From assembly GCA_965240855.1 (NCBI GenBank), contig CBDEMG010000007.1, forward strand, positions 19 to 64,018: a stretch of DNA of 64,000 nt. The letters run 5' to 3'. The stretch is from an uncultured Bacteroidia bacterium (GTDB taxonomy: Bacteria; Bacteroidota; Bacteroidia; Bacteroidales; CAJPTX01). Positions 58,596-64,000 of this stretch are shown piece by piece. The notes under the pieces are model-generated. The model ran no database searches and was not told where the DNA came from. It worked only from the letters and a program-made list of their open reading frames with translations. Both the position numbers and the translations under genes were made by a program. Positions within the stretch are counted from its first letter, which is position 1; each line of letters opens with the position of its first letter.

Positions 58596-59534
58596 GTGTT
58601 TCAAACAGCGATGTCCTCTGTCCCTTACGAACTTTTTGCGCGTTGCGATCTCTGTTTTCATCGTTGTAATTGTAATCGAGCGATCGGGAAAAAAGGACGC
58701 TGCCATCTCGATGCAGGGTTGTATGTCGAGAGTGTAGCGCGTCATCTTGGCGAAGAGCCAGTTATAGGAGGCAAGAAGGGCGTATGTAATGTTTTCTTTA
58801 ACCACTGCAATCTACAGTGTGTATTTTGTCAGAATTGGCAAATAAGTGCAAACAGCGGATCGCTCCCCAAGACTACCTTAGGGGAAGTTGTAGCGAGGAT
58901 CGAGAAAGAACTCAAGGATGGGTGTACGGCTGTAGGTTTCGTATCACCGACCCCTTATATTCCGTATGTAATAGATATTATCTCACAATTACATGTACAC
59001 GGTTATAAACCTACTATAGTTTATAACACGAATGCGTACGATACTCCTGCAGCCCTTGAAACCCTTGCGGGGTATGTAGATATCTATTTGCCTGATTACA
59101 AATATGCGAATGCGCTTCTCGGTTTGCAATACTCTGGGATTCAGAACTACCCTGAGTATGCCCTCGAATCTATTGGTTGCATGCTACAACAGGTGGGCGT
59201 TACATTGGAGTACAACCGAGAGGGTTTATTAGAGCGAGGAGTGATTGTTCGGCATCTAGTGCTTCCTAATCAAGTCGAAAATTCGCGCTCCGCGCTCTTT
59301 AATCTTTGGAGTGAATTTGGGAGTGATCTAACCATCTCGCTCATGAGTCAGTATACACCGCTCTATCTAGCGGGGAGAGATGTCAATCTTGCTCGCCGTA
59401 TTTCTGAAGACGAATATCGGCAAGTGGTGGATTTTATGTTCGATCTCGGCTTCTCGAATGGTTGGATACAGGAAATTGCGAGCAGCGGAAACTATGTTCC
59501 TGATTTTGAGCAAGAGCATCCATTTGAGAATTAA
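58596..59534 (+). CDS. Radical SAM protein, PflX-like (putative activase family)
   Basis: 312 aa. N-terminal Cys cluster CDLCFHRCNCN...RCH, then the radical-SAM motif CNLQCVFCQNW. Its start overlaps or abuts the GT4 stop. Confidence 0.8.
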   Translation: MFQTAMSSVPYELFARCDLCFHRCNCNRAIGKKGRCHLDAGLYVESVARHLGEEPVIGGKKGVCNVFFNHCNLQCVFCQNWQISANSGSLPKTTLGEVVARIEKELKDGCTAVGFVSPTPYIPYVIDIISQLHVHGYKPTIVYNTNAYDTPAALETLAGYVDIYLPDYKYANALLGLQYSGIQNYPEYALESIGCMLQQVGVTLEYNREGLLERGVIVRHLVLPNQVENSRSALFNLWSEFGSDLTISLMSQYTPLYLAGRDVNLARRISEDEYRQVVDFMFDLGFSNGWIQEIASSGNYVPDFEQEHPFEN

Positions 59535-59696
59535 ACACTGTTTTTTGTTTACTTACAATTTTTTTGTGTCAAAAAGAGAAATTTCACTTCGTATTATGAG
59601 TCTGGCAAGCTCGATTTATATATAACAAGGTTACGCAACATATTGTTTAAAAGGTCGTTTCAATGGTTAGGAAAAGATTTAGAAACAAGCTAAAGG

Positions 59697-61409
59697 ATGA
59701 ATTTTTCGAATTTAAAAACTAAAACCAAACTGAACCTTTGCGTCACGGTGATGGTACTCAGTTTTTTGGTAGGGTCACTCTACATGCTCTACCAGATACG
59801 TCGTACTGCGCGCGCAGGTGATGTGATGTCGTTAGCAAATCGCTCTGAACTATATTTTTCGCGTGCACGTATGGAATTGCGCGATTTCAATGCGACCTTC
59901 AACAACACTTCCTACGAACGTGGGCATCGTTACCTCGATAGTATGGATCACCACCTCAACGAACTCGAGACGATGCTCACTAACCTCTCATATACAGAAG
60001 CAGCTGGGCGCATTCATACATTGCGACAAAACTTGGATATCTATAAGGCGAGTGCGGTCCAACTGCGCGATTTGGCTATTAAAGTAACAGAAGCCGTCAC
60101 TTTTACGCAGGAGGCGATCGAAAACTATATGGGGGTAGTGATGGGTGATGCTGGGTTGAGCAAAGAAGTTATGTCGCTCTCTTTTGTCACTGCACGCGAT
60201 GCGCTGCTTTGCCTAGAACGACGCGATATCCCTACACTCGAGAAATCTCTTGCTAGTATTGGGACGCTCGAACGTCGCAATATACCACAACTAGAGAAAC
60301 CGTTACAGACATTACGAGGAGCCCTTGAGCGGGTTAGAATAGCAGGCGCATCTGTTTTAGATAATATTGCTAAGGCGGGATCTGCGACTACAATCATGGT
60401 GGGACACTTCGATACTACCCTAGAGTATTTTGGTGCGATACACTCCGAAGCCGAACGGAATGCGTTGACCTTCAGTATAGTTTTCCTTATTGTCGTGATC
60501 GTAATCTCGATTATCGCTTCACAATTAGTAGGAAACTTTATTGTAGGGCAATTACGCCGTATCCTCGATCTCTTACAACGTTGTGCACAGGGAGATTTCT
60601 CCTTCCGCATTGGTATGAACGAAAAGGTTTACAATGACGAGTTTGGTGCACTGACGATTGCACTCGATATTATGATAGAAAAGGTGCGAGAGAGTGTCAA
60701 TGAGATTCAAACTGGCGCATCGAATGTAGCCGATGCGAGTGCACAGTTGAGTGCGGCTTCTCAACGTATCTCGCAAGGGACGAACGACCAATCGGCTAGT
60801 ACCGAAGAGGTAAGTAGTGCAATGGAACAGATGTATGCCAACATCGATAATAATACGGATGGAGCTATGGAGGCCAAAGGCTTGGCACGTGTGATGGAAG
60901 AGCATATAACTGTACTCAGTTCCAAGGTAGCCGAAGCTATGACCTCGGTACAGGCCATACATGAAAAAATCTCTATTGTGAGCGAAATCTCGCGTCAAAC
61001 AAATATCTTGGCTTTGAATGCAGCAGTGGAAGCTGCACGAGCGGGTGAGCATGGTAAGGGGTTCTCGGTGGTCGCCTCCGAGGTCCGTAAGTTAGCAGAA
61101 AGGAGTAGAGACTCAGCGAAAGAGATCTCCGACCTTTCGGTGCACTCACTTACCACTACTCAAACAGCCGTAAAGAATTTGCAAAGTGTATTGCCAGATG
61201 TACACAAGACGGCACATTTAGTAGAAGAGATTGCAACAGCTAGTACGGAACAAAAAACCGGGGTAGATCAGATCAACGGAGCTATACAACAGCTTAACGA
61301 AGTAGTACAATCTAATGCGGCCTCCTCTGAAGAATTAGCGACGAGTGCAGAAGAGCTGAATGCACAAGCCGATTTGTTGCGAGATGCTACACAGTTCTTC
61401 AAGATTTAA
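59697..61409 (+). CDS. Methyl-accepting chemotaxis protein (two TM helices, periplasmic helical sensor, HAMP, MA signalling domain)
   Basis: 570 aa. TM1 [21 protein letters not shown]2 [20 protein letters not shown]. Highly conserved hairpin tip [35 protein letters not shown]. Confidence 0.92.
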   Translation: MNFSNLKTKTKLNLCVTVMVLSFLVGSLYMLYQIRRTARAGDVMSLANRSELYFSRARMELRDFNATFNNTSYERGHRYLDSMDHHLNELETMLTNLSYTEAAGRIHTLRQNLDIYKASAVQLRDLAIKVTEAVTFTQEAIENYMGVVMGDAGLSKEVMSLSFVTARDALLCLERRDIPTLEKSLASIGTLERRNIPQLEKPLQTLRGALERVRIAGASVLDNIAKAGSATTIMVGHFDTTLEYFGAIHSEAERNALTFSIVFLIVVIVISIIASQLVGNFIVGQLRRILDLLQRCAQGDFSFRIGMNEKVYNDEFGALTIALDIMIEKVRESVNEIQTGASNVADASAQLSAASQRISQGTNDQSASTEEVSSAMEQMYANIDNNTDGAMEAKGLARVMEEHITVLSSKVAEAMTSVQAIHEKISIVSEISRQTNILALNAAVEAARAGEHGKGFSVVASEVRKLAERSRDSAKEISDLSVHSLTTTQTAVKNLQSVLPDVHKTAHLVEEIATASTEQKTGVDQINGAIQQLNEVVQSNAASSEELATSAEELNAQADLLRDATQFFKI

Positions 61410-61455
61410 ACGATAGTGATTTTAGAGGTAAATACACTACTGTAATTGAATAGAT

Positions 61456-61490
61456 GCCTAGCAGAGCTTATAGTTTTGCTAGGCTTTTTT
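61456..61490 (+). terminator. Rho-independent terminator after the MCP gene
   Basis: Stem GCCTAGCA/TGCTAGGC followed by T6. Confidence 0.7.
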
Positions 61491-61629
61491 ATGAAAATCC
61501 GTTCGGTATTGTTTTTTTTGTATACAACATACGCCACAAAACAGATTCTCAAGGATTGCAGGCCGCTAGAGTCGGTTTCCTTGAATAACGCCGCCTGCCA
61601 AGACCGCGCTTAACGTGCAGGGTTATATT

Positions 61630-61718
61630 TTTATGGTGTGTACATAAAAATCCTTGTATTGTTTCTTAAGCACGATATATATTTCAGAATGCCTGGCAGA
61701 GGATGCCCTGTCCTGTAC
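61630..61718. repeat. Intergenic repeat element, copy C (palindrome module in inverted orientation)
   Basis: The reverse complement reads TGTACAGGACAGGGCATCCTCTGCCAGG..., resembling TGTAGGGACAGGGCATATCCTGTCTGG of copy A. Similarity in the tail is weak. Confidence 0.4.
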
Positions 61719-61803
61719 AAAGACTCCGGTCTCGTTGTCGAGTGATCGCCCGTCTGCTAAGACAGGGCTAAGAGTTTTCTTACTTTTGTAAAAACGCATC
61801 CCG

Positions 61804-64000
61804 ATGTCTTTCCAAGGTTTGCAGGAAGAGGAACTTAAACTCCGTATTGGCGAAGAATTCTTTTCAAGATTCGATTGCCACTCCCGCATCGGTAAAATCG
61901 ATTTCTGCGTCTCAATGTGCAAAACGTCTACACACACAAACGAGATACGGTCGTTGCTTTGGGCAGAAGCTAAACGGGGGAGTATCTCTGATATTTACAA
62001 ACCCCTTGTGCAATTGATTCTTACCATTGGTAAGGTGCGAACCTTTGATAGTTATCTTCCGCCTCTCTTTCTAGCCAGTTTCGATGCCGAAAAGATCGCA
62101 TTTCTACCCTATAAAGAGATCCTGCCCTTTTTCTCATTAAACGATTTCAACTGGAATGTAGCTCCTTCTAATGATGCTACACGCGAGTTTGGTTTACTAT
62201 ATGATACTGTAAAGACTACTATAGATCGCTCGGCATATATTTTTCGATATGAAGCTCACGAAAAGGATCTACGTGAATTTATACGTGTACACCTCTCGGA
62301 GAACTCCGAGAGTATACAGATCAATAAAAATAACTTCGTGAGTATATATCAACGATGGTTAGCACAGGTACAGCCGAGTATCGACGTGCATTGGGAAGAG
62401 TTCAAAAAGCGCGGAATAATTGATGGGGATTTTTTTTTAGCAGATCTCTTATCAGATAAGAACCAGACGTTCAAAGAAGCTCTTTACGCCTTACTAAAAG
62501 ACAATCGCTATATGGTTGATAGAAAGATTGATACGATCGGAATGTTTAACGAAAGTACCGTCTTTTTCAAGGATCAACAAAATGCACACGCACAGTTCTG
62601 GGATATTTACCAACGACCCTCTAAAGAGGAGTGTTGGGACTACATCATTCCACGGCGCGACCTCCTCGTGTCACAGGATGCACGCGAACGCAAAGGGACG
62701 TTTTTTACGCCAAAGATATGGGTAGACCTCTCGCAAAAGTATCTCGCAGATGTCTTGGGCGAGAACTGGCAAGACGAGTACTACGTCTGGGATTGTGCTG
62801 CGGGTACGGGCAACCTCTTGAATGGGCTTACGAACAAGTATAATATTTGGGCTTCGACACTCGACCAGCAGGATGTGGATGTGATGAAGGATCGCATCAA
62901 GAACGGAGCAAATTTGTTAGAGAGCCACGTCTTTCAATTTGACTTCTTAAATGATGAATTCGACTGTGGTAAACTGCCAACTGACCTGCTCACGATTATT
63001 CAGAATCCTGAAGAACGCAAGAAACTGGTAATCTATATTAATCCGCCTTATGCAGAAGCTTCGAATATGCGAACCTCTGTAGGATCGGGAAAAAATCGAT
63101 CGAGGCTTTCCTCGTTACATGATTCCTACAAGCGTTTTCGGCATGCGTTAGGACAAGCGAGTAAAGAGCTCTTTGTATTATTTCTTTTCCGTATCTACAC
63201 GCAACTTAATGGTGCAATAATTGCGAATTTTTCTACACCCAAAATTAGTAATGCACCCAATTTCAAAGATTTTCGAGAGAAATTCAGTGCGATGATGCTA
63301 CGAGCATTTCTTGTCCCCGCCTATACGTTTGATAATGTGAGTGGAAAATTCCCAGTAGCATTTTATATTTGGAATACATCGGCTTATGCAATACAACGCT
63401 CTCATATTTTTGATGTGTATACGGCAAGCGGTGCATTCCTCCAAACCAAACTTGTCCTCGTATGTAACAACCGAGAGAATATAAATCAGTGGCGGAACAC
63501 TGTATTTTTGGACAAGACCAAACAACTAGGTTTTTTACAAAATCAGGGAGCCGATTTTCAAAACTATCGGACGATATGTTTATGCAATAAAACAGCAGTG
63601 CGGCATTCTACCTTTACGCCTATAAATACGAAAACACTACTACTCGCAAGTATCTATTTTTCAGTACGACTTGCTGTTCTCCCCACTTGGCTCAACAATC
63701 ATGATCAATTTTTTTATCCTAAAGATGGTTGGCAAGTTGATACGTTGTTCCAAAACAATTGTTTGACATTCATGCTCTTTCATCCTAAGAACCATATTAC
63801 GTCCTTCGAAGGAACTAATCATTGGATACCTTTTACAGAGGTGGAAGTAGATGCTCAGTCTTGCTTCGAGAGCCACTTCATGACAGACTTTATAACGGGA
63901 AAACTCGGCGCTAACAATACTGTGGCGGGTGGGCAATCCGCCGCTAAGATTAACGTGGAGGCTTCGCTACCACAGAGCACTAGCAATACAAGTTTATTTT
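61804..64000 (+). CDS. Large N6-adenine DNA methyltransferase with an N-terminal PD-(D/E)XK-like nuclease module (Type IIG/IIL, MmeI-like architecture). The 3' end lies beyond the window and the ORF is not in the ORF track
   Basis: I translated every codon from the ATG at 61804 to position 64000 and found no stop (732 or more codons). An in-frame TAA lies at 61789-61791. N-terminal GKIDF...(21 aa)...LWAEAKRG fits D-Xn-E-X-K. RKGTFFTPKIWVD resembles motif X, VWDCAAGTGNLL is motif I, and VIYINPPYAEA is motif IV (NPPY). Confidence 0.8.
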   Translation, partial: MSFQGLQEEELKLRIGEEFFSRFDCHSRIGKIDFCVSMCKTSTHTNEIRSLLWAEAKRGSISDIYKPLVQLILTIGKVRTFDSYLPPLFLASFDAEKIAFLPYKEILPFFSLNDFNWNVAPSNDATREFGLLYDTVKTTIDRSAYIFRYEAHEKDLREFIRVHLSENSESIQINKNNFVSIYQRWLAQVQPSIDVHWEEFKKRGIIDGDFFLADLLSDKNQTFKEALYALLKDNRYMVDRKIDTIGMFNESTVFFKDQQNAHAQFWDIYQRPSKEECWDYIIPRRDLLVSQDARERKGTFFTPKIWVDLSQKYLADVLGENWQDEYYVWDCAAGTGNLLNGLTNKYNIWASTLDQQDVDVMKDRIKNGANLLESHVFQFDFLNDEFDCGKLPTDLLTIIQNPEERKKLVIYINPPYAEASNMRTSVGSGKNRSRLSSLHDSYKRFRHALGQASKELFVLFLFRIYTQLNGAIIANFSTPKISNAPNFKDFREKFSAMMLRAFLVPAYTFDNVSGKFPVAFYIWNTSAYAIQRSHIFDVYTASGAFLQTKLVLVCNNRENINQWRNTVFLDKTKQLGFLQNQGADFQNYRTICLCNKTAVRHSTFTPINTKTLLLASIYFSVRLAVLPTWLNNHDQFFYPKDGWQVDTLFQNNCLTFMLFHPKNHITSFEGTNHWIPFTEVEVDAQSCFESHFMTDFITGKLGANNTVAGGQSAAKINVEASLPQSTSNTSLF

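Noticed and set aside
61804-64000. Interpreting the edge methyltransferase as BREX PglX or a Type I HsdM.
   Set aside because: The upstream neighbour is an MCP with its own terminator, not brxC or hsdR/S. The N-terminus also carries a nuclease-like D..ExK motif, which PglX and HsdM lack. The 3' side is unseen, so a larger system downstream cannot be excluded.
1-64000. CRISPR arrays, transposases or IS elements, prophage genes, rRNA operons, and riboswitches (B12, TPP) upstream of the hmu, panB, nadB and guaA genes.
   Set aside because: I scanned for regularly spaced direct repeats, DDE or serine recombinase motifs, 16S/23S signatures and the conserved riboswitch cores (for example the B12 box) and saw none. 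This was by eye only, so short or degenerate elements could have been missed.

Overview
This is a 64-kb chromosomal segment that reads as Bacteroidota, order Bacteroidales. The gene content is Porphyromonas/Tannerella-like: an hmuY-type heme locus, a MurF-Alr fusion, rpoN and lipoproteins with Bacteroidales-type signal peptides. It is densely coding and mostly housekeeping.

Gene content from left to right:
- A heterodimeric ABC exporter pair.
- A complete six-gene hmuYRSTUV-like heme acquisition operon.
- xerD, a SulP permease, a small outer-membrane beta-barrel gene, dnaA and tatD.
- An AT-rich restriction-modification islet: an intact C5-cytosine methyltransferase plus a frameshifted EcoRII-like endonuclease, bracketed by 155-bp direct repeats.
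- A 1,515-aa protein of unknown function and a tRNA(CAU).
- A Fur-family regulator with a His-rich lipoprotein.
- A TPR protein and beta-barrel pair, three tandem paralogous GT2 glycosyltransferases and a HAD hydrolase.
- greA, HIT, rpoN, tmk, rluA-family, panB, bactofilin, OsmC, murF-alr, nadB.
- Two tRNA-Leu genes, then hslR-pth-rplY(ctc).
- A decayed ccsA fragment.
- guaA, an S41 protease, a DEAD-box helicase, a THUMP RNA methyltransferase, a GT4 enzyme, a radical-SAM protein and a solitary methyl-accepting chemotaxis protein.
- At the right edge, a long open reading frame absent from the supplied ORF track because it has no stop in the window. I read it as a fused PD-(D/E)XK nuclease plus N6-adenine methyltransferase (Type IIG/IIL-like).
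- A second unlisted partial ORF (AAA-ATPase-like) sits at the left edge.

I found no CRISPR array, transposase, prophage or rRNA. I do not see a clear multi-gene system of a wholly new kind. The best candidates for follow-up are:
- the repeat-bracketed, decaying R-M cassette;
- the edge Type IIG-like gene;
- the G11 tract upstream of the outer-membrane protein gene;
- the Met/Gly-rich insert in HmuS;
- the 1,515-aa orphan protein;
- the orphan MCP.

All functional calls come from motif and family recognition by eye. No searches or computations were run.
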